Below, in pieces: positions 18,066-29,146 of a stretch of 64,000 nt of DNA (position 1 is the stretch's first letter; each line of letters opens with the position of its first letter). The stretch is from positions 42,923 to 106,922 of the forward strand of contig JACTMO010000066.1 in NCBI GenBank assembly GCA_014584605.1, read 5' to 3'. Made by a program: the position numbers and the translations under genes. The notes beneath the pieces are model-generated. The model worked only from the letters and a program-made list of their open reading frames with translations, did no database searches and was not told the DNA's origin. Source of the stretch: Bacteroidota bacterium. Lineage in GTDB: Bacteria > Bacteroidota > Bacteroidia > Flavobacteriales_F > PHOS-HE28.

Positions 18066-18983
18066 TTACCACGCGAACCGCGCGCCCAACGCGCGGATGT
18101 ACGCCTCCAGGTCGCAGGGGCGCGCGGGCTGGATGCCCGCCAGGCGCTCGTCGCGCTTCACCACCATGCTCTGCAGCTGCAGGTGCTGGTCCACGAAAAG
18201 CAATTCCGTTTCCGGGTAGGCATTGCGCAGGGCCTCCACGATCTCCACCACGCTCCAGTCCTGCTCCACCAGGTCGTACGTGCCCGTGGCGGAGGCCGGA
18301 TCTAGCAGGGCCAGCAGCGTGCCCACCACCGCATCCACATGGATGAAGGGGCGGCGCTGCTCGCCGGAGCCGCTGACGGTGATGCGGCCCTGGAAGTGCG
18401 CCTGGAAGACGAAGCGGTTGATCACCGCGTCGAAGCGCATGCAGCGCCCGTGGCCGAATACGTTGCCCGAGCGCAGGATGCACACCGGCTGGTTGTCACC
18501 CAGGCGGTCCATGTGGGCCTCGCCGCGCAACTTGGCATGGCCGTAGGCGGATCGTGGCGAGGGCTTCACCCCGGAGCGTGCCGAGCCCTCACCTTGTCCG
18601 TAAACAGACGCGCTGCTGAGGTACACCACGCGAGCCTTGGGCGCCACCTCTTCAATGGCGTACACCACTTCCGCCGTGCCCCAATGGTTCACCTGCTCGA
18701 ACTGGTTGTAGCCCGCATCCGCGAACGGCGTGGTGACCTTGGCCGCCAGGTGGTAGATCACGTCCGCCCCGGCCAGTTCCTGCAGAAGCCTGCGCGAATC
18801 CAGCACCTCGCCCTGTACAAATCGCACCTTCGCCTGGCCCAGTGCAGGGCCCATGAACACGCCGTAATGGCCGCGCGCCAGCACGTCGTAGATCACCAGT
18901 TCGCTCACGCGCGCATCCTTGGCCAGTGCCGCGCACAGCTCCGCGCCGATGTACCCGGCCCCGCCGGTCACCACCACTTTCAT
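18066..18983 (-). CDS. NAD-dependent epimerase/dehydratase (SDR family)
   Basis: MKVVVTGGAGYIGAEL… Rossmann fold; …SSASVYG…YGHAKL… matches the YxxxK catalytic region. Confidence 0.8.
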   Translation of the reverse strand: MKVVVTGGAGYIGAELCAALAKDARVSELVIYDVLARGHYGVFMGPALGQAKVRFVQGEVLDSRRLLQELAGADVIYHLAAKVTTPFADAGYNQFEQVNHWGTAEVVYAIEEVAPKARVVYLSSASVYGQGEGSARSGVKPSPRSAYGHAKLRGEAHMDRLGDNQPVCILRSGNVFGHGRCMRFDAVINRFVFQAHFQGRITVSGSGEQRRPFIHVDAVVGTLLALLDPASATGTYDLVEQDWSVVEIVEALRNAYPETELLFVDQHLQLQSMVVKRDERLAGIQPARPCDLEAYIRALGARFAW

Positions 18984-19654
18984 CCGTTGTCCGTTTTGTT
19001 CACCACCAGTTCGGTGTTCAGGCCGCATTCGGTCTTCTTCAGGCCGTACCAGCGGCTGGTGCGTTCATCGTAGCCCTCCATGGCCTTGCGCGTGGACGGC
19101 ATGTCGCCGATGCTCAGGTAGCCCTCCGCCTCCAACGGGTGCGGCGGCAACTGGTGCTCCTTGATGTAGGCATGCACCATGCGCGCATTCCAGTCCAGCA
19201 TGGGGTGGTAGCGCAGGCATCCGTAGGCGGCCTGCTGTTCCACGGAAAGGCGCTTGCGGGCATCGCTCTGGTCGGCGCGCACGCCGTTGATCCACACATC
19301 GTACTCGGCCAGCACTCGCTCCATGGGCTGCACCTTGTTCAGGTAGGAATCGCGGTCCGGGTCCCAGGTGTACATCAGCGCCCCTTCCTCGTTGCGTTGC
19401 TGGGTCTTGGGCACCAGCGGGCGCAGCTGCACGAAGTTCAGGCCCAGCAGCTTCTTCAGGGTATCGCGGAAGCGCAGCGTTTCCGGGAAGAGGTAGCCCG
19501 TGTTCACGTAGTACACCGGGACCGTCGGATCGATGCGCATGAGCATGTGCAGCATGGGCACGCTGTGGCCCTGGAAGCTGGTGCTCGCGAAGATCTTCCT
19601 GCCCTCGGCCCGGAAGGCATGCACCCGGTCGCGGAACTGCTCGAAGGTGGGCAT
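18980..19654 (-). CDS. cysH: Phosphoadenosine-phosphosulfate reductase family protein (CysH-like)
   Basis: …PVYYVNTGYLFPETLRFRDTL… PAPS-reductase fold, with the C-terminal KTECGLN motif (ECGLH-type). Confidence 0.7.
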   Translation of the reverse strand: MPTFEQFRDRVHAFRAEGRKIFASTSFQGHSVPMLHMLMRIDPTVPVYYVNTGYLFPETLRFRDTLKKLLGLNFVQLRPLVPKTQQRNEEGALMYTWDPDRDSYLNKVQPMERVLAEYDVWINGVRADQSDARKRLSVEQQAAYGCLRYHPMLDWNARMVHAYIKEHQLPPHPLEAEGYLSIGDMPSTRKAMEGYDERTSRWYGLKKTECGLNTELVVNKTDNG

Positions 19655-19750
19655 GGCGCAAAGGTGCGGCGCTACACGATCCCCCCGGTTGACGAATGGC
19701 AGGATCCGATCCAGGTGTGTTCCGTGCCACGGTGTGTGGGCTGGAGGGTG

Positions 19751-19774
19751 ATCGGTGATCGGTGATCGGTGCGC
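19751..19774. repeat. Tandem heptamer (GGTGATC) x3.4 in the cysH/UDG intergenic region
   Basis: ggtgatcggtgatcggtgatcggtg read directly from the sequence. Confidence 0.6.
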
Positions 19775-19934
19775 AGTAGTGGAGACGCCGGGTTCCCCCT
19801 TCATCTTTCACCGGCCACCATTCACCTTCTCCATCGTGTCGTGGGCCTTGGGTTGGGGATCCCGTGCTGCCTACTGGTCTCGCCGACGCTTCAGCGACTC
19901 CCCAACAACACCCCGCAGGGGCGAACTTCGTATC

Positions 19935-20645
19935 ATGCTCGCGGATCGGTTGCTGAAGGAGGTTCATGCGTTCGACATCACCAAGGCACGCCTGCCGGGG
20001 CACATCGGCGTGCTGGACCCTTTCCATGGGGAGAACGCCGCCCAGGTGCGCAACATGGTGGACAGCTTCCACCGCCGTTTCTATGCCGACGAACGGCCGC
20101 GCATGCTGATGCTGGGCATCAACCCCGGTCGCTTCGGCGCGGGCAGCACGGGCATCTGCTTCACAGACACCAAGCGCTGCGAGGCCGACCTGGGCATTCC
20201 CGTGCAAGGCCTGCGGACGCACGAGCCCAGCAGCGACTTCTTCTACCGCGTGGTGCGTGCCGCGGGCGGTGCGGAAGCGTTCTACGGCCAGGTGTACGTG
20301 CAGGCGCTCTGCCCGCTGGGCTTCACGAAGCAGGGCCCCAAGGGCACGCCGGTGAACCTGAACTACTACGACGACGGCGCGCTGCAGGCCGCGGTGGCCC
20401 CGCTGATGGCGGCATGGGTGGGCCGGCTGATCGCCACCGGCATGCGCACCGACCTGGCCTGCTGCATCGGCACCGGCAAGAACTTCGCGTTCTTCAGCAC
20501 GCTGAACGAGGAACACGGCTTCTTCCGGCGCATCATCCCCCTGGAGCACCCGCGCTTCGTGATGCAGTACCGGTACAAGCGGCTGGAGGAGTACATCGGC
20601 AAGTACCTGGCGGCCCTGGAAGAGGCGAGTGCAGCACCCGTGTAA
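19935..20645 (+). CDS. Uracil-DNA glycosylase superfamily protein (GINPG-motif; Mug/SMUG2/DUF4918-like)
   Basis: …RMLMLGINPGRFGAGSTGICFTD… carries the UDG-superfamily motif-1 (GINPG). Start taken at MLADRLLKEV. Confidence 0.5.
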   Translation: MLADRLLKEVHAFDITKARLPGHIGVLDPFHGENAAQVRNMVDSFHRRFYADERPRMLMLGINPGRFGAGSTGICFTDTKRCEADLGIPVQGLRTHEPSSDFFYRVVRAAGGAEAFYGQVYVQALCPLGFTKQGPKGTPVNLNYYDDGALQAAVAPLMAAWVGRLIATGMRTDLACCIGTGKNFAFFSTLNEEHGFFRRIIPLEHPRFVMQYRYKRLEEYIGKYLAALEEASAAPV

Positions 20646-20687
20646 CCTTTTGCGTGTGACCGCGACATTCTGGAAGCCGACCACGCC

Positions 20688-21239
20688 ATGGCCCACGACC
20701 CGCGATCCGAATTCATGGAGGCCTATGCGCCGTGCCACGAACCCTTCGCCCGCTATTGCGCGGCGCTGGCCTACGGGCGGATGGACGCGCAGGACCTGAT
20801 GCAGGACGTGCTGCTCAGCGCCTTCCAGCGCTTCGAGGGTATCCGGCGCAAGGACCAGCTGCTGCATTACCTGATCCGCGCGGCACGCAACCGGGCGGCC
20901 AGTACCTGGCGCATCGGCAAGCGGTACGCGGCCATCACCGAAGCACAGGCCGCCAAGCTGCACGCCGCGGGGGCCAGCGCCGAGATGCTGGTGGATGCCG
21001 ACCTGCTGTACCGGGCCATGGACAAGCTCCCAGCCGCGCAACGTGAGGCCCTGGTGCTCTTCGAGGTCAGCGGCCTCAGCATGGCCGAGATCGCGGCCAT
21101 CCAGGAATCCAATGAGAATGCCGTGAAGACCAAGGTGAGCCGCGCACGGACTGCCCTGCGCGGGTTGATGGAAGACCGCGCGGCCCCGAACCGGCTGGAA
21201 CTGGTCCGTTCCATCGCACTCCTGCTCCTGTTGCCATGA
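20688..21239 (+). CDS. ECF-type RNA polymerase sigma-70 factor
   Basis: Region 2 (…DLMQDVLLSAFQRFEG…) and region 4 HTH (…EALVLFEVSGLSMAEIAAIQESNENAVKTKVSRART…). Confidence 0.8.
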   Translation: MAHDPRSEFMEAYAPCHEPFARYCAALAYGRMDAQDLMQDVLLSAFQRFEGIRRKDQLLHYLIRAARNRAASTWRIGKRYAAITEAQAAKLHAAGASAEMLVDADLLYRAMDKLPAAQREALVLFEVSGLSMAEIAAIQESNENAVKTKVSRARTALRGLMEDRAAPNRLELVRSIALLLLLP

Positions 21240-22411
21240 ACCACCCCGAAGACTCCCCCGTGAAACTGGACGTGCTGCGCCAGTTGCCCCTGGAAGTGGA
21301 CCTGGAGCAGGTGCGCCGTATGGTGGCCGGCTTCCCGTTGGCCATGGGCGCCCTGGCGTGGCTGATCCATACCCTGAAGTTCCACCTCAACACCGTTCTC
21401 ATGAGCACCCTCGGCACTTTGATCATCACCGCAGTCGTGGTCTGGCAAACCGGACCGCGCACCACCGTGGAAGCGCCTCCCGCACCGGCACCACGAGCCC
21501 TTCCCGTCGCACCCGCCATGACCGAGGAAGCCGCAGCACCCGCGGCGCTTCCCGTGGAGCCCACGCGCGCGCCGGCCGTGCCAGTGGCCTCACCCACCAA
21601 CGAACCGGCACCTGAGCCCGCCCCGGCGCAACCCGCAGTGGCCACCGCGCCAGCATCCAGCACGGTTCCCGCGGCACCTGAACCCGCACCGGCTTCACAA
21701 CCACCGGTCGCACCGCAGACCGCCACGGGCGGTGAGCGTGTGTTCGACCTGCGCGGCTTCACCGGCATCTCCTTGCTGGGCAGCATGGACGTGGTGGTGC
21801 AGCAAGGGGAGTTCGCCGTGCGGGCCACGGGCGCGCCGCAGGACCTGGACCTGCTCGACATCCGGATGGACGGCCATTCCCTGGCCATCGGCACGGTCAA
21901 GGAGCGCAAGGTCCGGTTCACCGGTGATGTGCTGGTGCACGTCACCCTGCCCGAACTGAAGCAATTGACCATCAACGGCTCGGGCGACATCAAGGCCTCG
22001 GGCACCGGGACCACCACCGCACTTGATCTCCATGTGCTGGGCTCCGGCGACATCCTGTTGACCGGCCCGCGGAAGGCCGAGCAACTCACCGTGACGGTGA
22101 ACGGCTCCGGCGATGTGAAGGTGGCAGGCGTGACCGTTTCCGGTACCAGCAAGATCAGCGTGCTCGGCAGCGGGGATGTCCAGGTGGCGGGCAGCACCGG
22201 CCGGCTGGAGCTCTCGCTCAGCGGCAGCGGCGACGCGGATGTCAGCAGCCTCTCCATCGCCGAGGGCGGGCAGGTCACCACGATGGGCAGCGGGGACGTG
22301 CTCCTCAACAGCACCGTGCCCTTGAAGGTGACCACCATGGGCTCCGGCGAGGTGCGCAATGTGGCCACGCAGGGCCGGGCACCCCGCGCGGACGAGGACG
22401 ACGAGGACTGA
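21236..22411 (+). CDS. Membrane-anchored DUF2807 (GIN/putative adhesin head) protein, a candidate anti-sigma partner of the ECF sigma
   Basis: Overlaps the sigma stop (ATGA). Has a TM segment (…LAWLIHTLKFHLNTVLMSTLGTLIITAVVVW), a Pro/Ala-rich linker, then repeated GSGD(I/V) beta-strand units (INGSGDIKA, VLGSGDILL, VNGSGDVKV, …). Confidence 0.65.
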   Translation: MNHPEDSPVKLDVLRQLPLEVDLEQVRRMVAGFPLAMGALAWLIHTLKFHLNTVLMSTLGTLIITAVVVWQTGPRTTVEAPPAPAPRALPVAPAMTEEAAAPAALPVEPTRAPAVPVASPTNEPAPEPAPAQPAVATAPASSTVPAAPEPAPASQPPVAPQTATGGERVFDLRGFTGISLLGSMDVVVQQGEFAVRATGAPQDLDLLDIRMDGHSLAIGTVKERKVRFTGDVLVHVTLPELKQLTINGSGDIKASGTGTTTALDLHVLGSGDILLTGPRKAEQLTVTVNGSGDVKVAGVTVSGTSKISVLGSGDVQVAGSTGRLELSLSGSGDADVSSLSIAEGGQVTTMGSGDVLLNSTVPLKVTTMGSGEVRNVATQGRAPRADEDDED

Positions 22412-22612
22412 GGCGGCCCGCGCTCCGCCGGGCTTTCCGGGATCCGGGGCTACCGCGCCCATGCCGGCTTTCGGGAGGGTTGGACGGCAGTAGTAGGCCT
22501 TTGGGGGATCATCACGGCGAGCAACGGACCTGCCTGCTAACTTGGTCCGCGCTCCACAAGCCGTTGGATCGACCCCTCAGGGCCGCATGGCCGGTATCCC
22601 ATCCTCTTCGAA

Positions 22613-24379
22613 ATGAAGCCGCATCCCTCCCGACTTTTCGATCTTCTTGACAAGCAATTGGCCGAGTTCCCGCAGCAGACCTGCATCTCCACGAAGGAGA
22701 ACGGGGCCTGGCGCAGCTACAGCACGGCCGAAACGGTGGAGACCGCCGAGAAACTCGCCATGGGCCTGATGGCCCTGGGCATCCGCCCCGGCGACAAAGT
22801 GGCCATCGGCAGCGGCAACCGCAGCGAATGGTGCATCGTGGACCAGGCCCTGCTGCGCATGGGCGTCATCAACGTGCCGATCTACCCCACGAGCAGCATC
22901 GAGGACTACGCCTACGTGCTGAACCACGCGGAGGTGCGCGTCTTCTTCGCCAGCAACCGCGAGCTGTACGACAAGGCGAAGACCGCCTCCGCCTCCGTGC
23001 CCAGCCTGAAGCACATCTTCACCTTCGACCGTATCGACGGCCTGCCGCACTGGACCCAACTGCTCGACCAGGGGCAGGACCAGCGCGGCCAGCTCGATCT
23101 CTACAAGGCCCAGGTGAAGGGCGCCGACCTGGCCACCATCATCTACACCAGCGGCACCACCGGCAAGCCGAAAGGCGTGATGCTCACCCACGGCAACATC
23201 CTCAGCAACGTGGAGGCCAGTGCCGAACGGCTGCCGGTGGACATCGGCACGCGCTGCATCAGCTTCCTGCCGCTCTGCCACATCTACGAGCGCATGCTCA
23301 TGTACCTGTACCAGCGTACAGGCATGAACATCCACTTCCAGGAGACCCTGGACGACCTCGGGGCGCGGATCAAGGAGGTACGGCCGCACGTGTTCACCGC
23401 CGTGCCGCGGCTGCTGGAGAAGATCTACGACTCCATCCTGGCCAAGGGCGAGGCCCTCACCGGCATCAAGCGCCAGCTCTTCCTGCTCTCGCTGAAGCTC
23501 GGCGAGCAATACGACGTGCACGGGAAGAGCGCCTGGTACAGGATGCAGCTGGCCCTGGTGAACAAGCTCGTCTTCAGCAAATGGCGCGAGGCCCTCGGCG
23601 GCGAGGTGCTCTGCGTGGCCAGCGGCAGCGCCGCCCTGCATCCCCGCCTGGCGCGCATCTTCAATGCCGCCGGCGTGCCCGTCATGGAGGGCTACGGCCT
23701 CACCGAATCATCGCCGGTGATCAGCGTGAACGACGTGCGCAACGACGGCCTGCGCTTCGGCAGCGTGGGGAAGCCCATCGCCAACGTGCAGGTGAAGATC
23801 GCCGACGACGGCGAGATCCTCGCCAAGGGCCCCAACGTGATGATCGGCTACTACAAGCAACCGGAGCAGACCGCCGAGGTGCTGGATGCCGACGGCTGGC
23901 TCCACACGGGCGACATCGGGCGGCTGGACGGGAACGGGTTCCTCTACATCACCGACCGCAAGAAGGAAATGTTCAAGACCAGCGGCGGCAAGTACGTGGC
24001 CCCGCAGGTGATCGAGAACAAGCTGCGCTCCTCCCGCTTCATCGAGCAGGCCATGGTGATCGGTGAGAACCGCAAGTTCCCCGCCGCGCTCATCGTGCCC
24101 AGCTTCGCCTTCCTGAAGGATTACTGCGCCCTGAAGGAGATCCCGTACAACAGCCCCGAGGAGGCCGTGCGCGAGCAGCGCATCATCGACCGCATCCAGC
24201 AGGAGGTGGATGCGGTGAACCAGGACCTCGGGCAGTGGGAAAAGGTGAAGAAGTTCGTGCTGCTGCCCAGGGAATGGAGCATCGACGGCGGCGAGTTCAC
24301 CCCTTCGCTCAAGCTGCGCCGCAAGCCCATCCTGGCGAAATATGCCCGGGAGGTCGAAGGCATCTATGCCGGAACCTGA
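22613..24379 (+). CDS. Long-chain fatty-acid-CoA ligase (AMP-binding, FadD-like)
   Basis: …YTSGTTGKPKGVMLTHGNI… AMP-binding motif I; overall ANL superfamily architecture, 588 aa. Confidence 0.85.
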   Translation: MKPHPSRLFDLLDKQLAEFPQQTCISTKENGAWRSYSTAETVETAEKLAMGLMALGIRPGDKVAIGSGNRSEWCIVDQALLRMGVINVPIYPTSSIEDYAYVLNHAEVRVFFASNRELYDKAKTASASVPSLKHIFTFDRIDGLPHWTQLLDQGQDQRGQLDLYKAQVKGADLATIIYTSGTTGKPKGVMLTHGNILSNVEASAERLPVDIGTRCISFLPLCHIYERMLMYLYQRTGMNIHFQETLDDLGARIKEVRPHVFTAVPRLLEKIYDSILAKGEALTGIKRQLFLLSLKLGEQYDVHGKSAWYRMQLALVNKLVFSKWREALGGEVLCVASGSAALHPRLARIFNAAGVPVMEGYGLTESSPVISVNDVRNDGLRFGSVGKPIANVQVKIADDGEILAKGPNVMIGYYKQPEQTAEVLDADGWLHTGDIGRLDGNGFLYITDRKKEMFKTSGGKYVAPQVIENKLRSSRFIEQAMVIGENRKFPAALIVPSFAFLKDYCALKEIPYNSPEEAVREQRIIDRIQQEVDAVNQDLGQWEKVKKFVLLPREWSIDGGEFTPSLKLRRKPILAKYAREVEGIYAGT

Positions 24380-24414
24380 TCCACGACAGCCCTTCAGAAC
24401 CCCAACAACGCGCC

Positions 24415-24816
24415 ATGCGCAACCCCATCCCGCTCCTGCCCGTCCTGCTCGCCGCGCTGCTGCCCGCCTGTTCCAAGGAACCCGGCGAAGGCGGCAAGGC
24501 CCTCATCCGCGGCCACGTGTACGCTGTGGACTACAACGACAACACCGGCCAGCCCACCGGTGCCGCGTATTACATGCCCGAATGCCGCGTGTACATCCGC
24601 TACGGCGACGGTGAGTTCTACGACGACGACGTGCGCACCGGGCCCTCCGGCGAATACGAGTTCCGCTGGCTGCGCCCCGGCGACTACACCGTGTTCACCT
24701 ACAGCGAATGCCCCATGGACTGCGACAGCGGCGTGGAGCTCGTGTCGCATAGCGTGCACATCGGCGGCAACCGCGACGCCGTGGACGTGCCCGACCTCAA
24801 CATCGAGAACTGGTGA
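24415..24816 (+). CDS. Small lipoprotein with a carboxypeptidase-regulatory-like fold
   Basis: Lipoprotein signal MRNPIPLLPVLLAALLPAC|SKE, then …IRGHVYAVDYNDNTG… and four Cys (CRVY, ECPMDCDSG). Confidence 0.5.
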   Translation: MRNPIPLLPVLLAALLPACSKEPGEGGKALIRGHVYAVDYNDNTGQPTGAAYYMPECRVYIRYGDGEFYDDDVRTGPSGEYEFRWLRPGDYTVFTYSECPMDCDSGVELVSHSVHIGGNRDAVDVPDLNIENW

Positions 24817-25535
24817 ACCTCATCCCCCGACGGCCGCTCCGCCTGCTGGCCGGGCTGCTGGCCCTGGCCGCCCTCACCGGCGTGGCGGAAGCTCAGGACC
24901 GGTCGCCCCTGCGGCCGCGCCTCAACCACGAGGCCTGGGGGTCGGTGGCCGTGAGGCTTAAACCGTTCCGCAACAGCACCCGCGTCAAGGAGCCCGCCTT
25001 CAACAAACGCTTCCGCCTGGGGGCCGAGATGGGCTACCGCAGCGATGAGAACCTCACCGGCGGCAAGCAGGTCTATCTCGACCTTGGCGCCCAGTACAAG
25101 GTGCATGACCTGCTTCGCGTGGGCATCGAGCACCGCTTCAGCTTCCGGGGCGCCGACCGCCGCGATACGCAGCGCAGCTCGGTGCAGCTCCAGACCTCCA
25201 GGCCCTTCGGCCGATTCACCGCCGACTTCCGCTTCCGGTTCCAGCACGAATACGACGACCCCGGCGAGGTGCGCGACCAGCTGCGCAACCGTTTCGGCCT
25301 GCAGTACGACATCCGCAAGTGGAAGCTCGACCCCGAGGTCACCGTGGAGCTCTTCACCTGGGCCGGGCACCTGGGCTGGCGCTGGATCGGCACCCGCTAT
25401 TCCGTCGGCACCGCCTGGAAGCCGGGCAAGAAGCACGAACTGGGCATCGCCGTGATGCACGACCGTGAACGATATGTTTACGAACCGACCTATCGCTTCA
25501 TCTACGCACTGAGCTACACCCTTGACCTCAACTGA
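24813..25535 (+). CDS. Outer-membrane beta-barrel protein, DUF2490-like
   Basis: Signal peptide MNLIPRRPLRLLAGLLALAALTGVAEAQ, alternating amphipathic strands, and an aromatic-rich C-terminal strand (…RFIYALSYTLDLN). Confidence 0.5.
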   Translation: MNLIPRRPLRLLAGLLALAALTGVAEAQDRSPLRPRLNHEAWGSVAVRLKPFRNSTRVKEPAFNKRFRLGAEMGYRSDENLTGGKQVYLDLGAQYKVHDLLRVGIEHRFSFRGADRRDTQRSSVQLQTSRPFGRFTADFRFRFQHEYDDPGEVRDQLRNRFGLQYDIRKWKLDPEVTVELFTWAGHLGWRWIGTRYSVGTAWKPGKKHELGIAVMHDRERYVYEPTYRFIYALSYTLDLN

Positions 25536-26211
25536 ACCCGACCCCGACCGCGGGCGACCCCTGCTCATCCGCATCGGCCTCTTCGCCGCCGTCTTCCTGA
25601 TCGCCGTGGTGGTCGGGCACTTCCTGTTGCGCGGCGACGACCACCTGCCCGTGTTCCATCCCGCGCAGCTCGACCCGCGCCTGGTGGACCCCGCCGTCCG
25701 CCGCGCCGAGGGTGAGCACCACATCAGCGACTTCGCCCTGGTGGACCAGCACGGCGACACCCTTCGCCTGGCCGACCTGGAAGGGCGCATCCTGGTGGCC
25801 GACTTCTTCTTCACCACCTGCGCCACCATCTGCCCCAAGATGAGCGTGCAGATGGCCCGTGTGCAGGACGCCTTCAAGGACGAACCCCGCCTGGTGCTCC
25901 TGAGCCACTCGGTGACCCCCGAGGCGGACAGCGTGCCCGTGCTGTCCGCCTATGCGCAACGCTACGGCGCGATCCCCGGGCGATGGCACTTCCTCACCGG
26001 CGACCGGCGGCAGATCTACGCACTGGCCCGTCGCAGCTACTTCGCCGCCCTCGACCAGGGCGACGGCGGGCCGGACGACTTCGTGCACACCGAGAACTTC
26101 GTGCTGGTGGACCCCATGCACCGCATCCGGGGCTTCTACGACGGCACCAGCACGGCCGACGTGGACCGGCTGATCAACGACCTGCGGAAGCTCCTGGCGG
26201 AAGAGCCCTGA
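25522..26211 (+). CDS. SCO1/SenC family copper chaperone (thioredoxin-like)
   Basis: N-terminal TM helix, then …DFFFTTCATICP… (the CxxxC copper site) and a conserved His region (…FVHTENFVLVDP…). Confidence 0.8.
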   Translation: MTSTEPDPDRGRPLLIRIGLFAAVFLIAVVVGHFLLRGDDHLPVFHPAQLDPRLVDPAVRRAEGEHHISDFALVDQHGDTLRLADLEGRILVADFFFTTCATICPKMSVQMARVQDAFKDEPRLVLLSHSVTPEADSVPVLSAYAQRYGAIPGRWHFLTGDRRQIYALARRSYFAALDQGDGGPDDFVHTENFVLVDPMHRIRGFYDGTSTADVDRLINDLRKLLAEEP

Positions 26212-26262
26212 ACCGGGCCGCCCCACCGGCCTACCTTTGGCGGCGCCCAAGGCGTACCCCTC

Positions 26263-27237
26263 ATGCGCAAGTGGCTCGACCGCTATTCCGGCAGGCTCCG
26301 CACCATCAAGGCCAACTACGTGCTGTTGAACCTGCTGGGCCATCGCCGGCTCGGCCATGCCCGCCGCATGTTCCAACGCTACGGATTGACCCGCAGCCCC
26401 CTGCTCCCGATCTCCAGCGCCCACATGCCCAAGACCCCGGGCGAGGTCCCCTGGCTGGACCGCCCCGACGCCCGGCAACGGCTGCTGGACGACCCCCGCG
26501 TACAGGCCCTGCCGACATCCCTGCGCCAGGCCGTGCTCGACTGGCCCGACAAGGGCTACCTCATCCTGCGCGACGTGTTCACCACCGACGAAGTTGACCG
26601 GGTGAACCGTGAACTTCAGAAGCTCATCGACAGCGGCGTGGTGGACTTCAACTTCACCGGGCGGAAGGTGATGTTCGCCTTCCGCAAGAGCCCGGCCATC
26701 AAGGCCATGGCCTCCGACCGCCGCATCGTCGAGGTGCTGGACCTGCTGCTGGGGCGGCCCATGCACGTGTTCCAGACCATCAACTTCCTGACCGGCAGTG
26801 AGCAGGCCCCGCACTCGGACAGCATCCACATGACCACCTATCCCCTGGGCTACCTCGCGGCGGCCTGGGTGGCCCTGGAGCCCATCACCGCGGACAACGG
26901 CCCCCTGATGTTCTTCCCCGGCAGCCACAGGCTGCCCTATCTCCTCAACGACGGCTTCGCGCACGGTGGCAGCCGCTTCACCCTCGGGCAGGACGCCTAT
27001 GCCCACTACGAAGCGGCCGTGCAGCGCAGCATCGACGAGGGCCGCTTCAACCCGCACGAGTTCCACGCACAGCCCGGGGATGTGCTGATCTGGCACGCCA
27101 ACCTGCTGCATGGCGGCAAGAAGATGTCCACCGCCAACGCCAGCCGCAGGAGCATGGCCGTACACTACTTCGCCGAGGACGTGCTCTGCTACCACGAGCT
27201 CACGCAACGCGTGGCCATGATCGACGAGGACCACTGA
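26263..27237 (+). CDS. Phytanoyl-CoA dioxygenase (PhyH) family Fe(II)/2-oxoglutarate oxygenase
   Basis: …PHSDSIHMT… (HxD) and …WHANLLHGG… (distal His) are spaced as in the PhyH family. Confidence 0.7.
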   Translation: MRKWLDRYSGRLRTIKANYVLLNLLGHRRLGHARRMFQRYGLTRSPLLPISSAHMPKTPGEVPWLDRPDARQRLLDDPRVQALPTSLRQAVLDWPDKGYLILRDVFTTDEVDRVNRELQKLIDSGVVDFNFTGRKVMFAFRKSPAIKAMASDRRIVEVLDLLLGRPMHVFQTINFLTGSEQAPHSDSIHMTTYPLGYLAAAWVALEPITADNGPLMFFPGSHRLPYLLNDGFAHGGSRFTLGQDAYAHYEAAVQRSIDEGRFNPHEFHAQPGDVLIWHANLLHGGKKMSTANASRRSMAVHYFAEDVLCYHELTQRVAMIDEDH

Positions 27238-27253
27238 GCCGGCGACCGACCCC

Positions 27254-29146
<1,893 letters not shown>

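Noticed and set aside
21076-22462. 430-aa and 255-aa minus-strand ORFs
   Set aside because: Antisense to the DUF2807 gene. Low-complexity Ala/Gly/Arg-rich.
22828-24066. 412-aa plus-strand ORF in an alternative frame of the acyl-CoA synthetase gene
   Set aside because: Arg/Pro/Gly-rich frameshifted reading of the true fadD-like frame.
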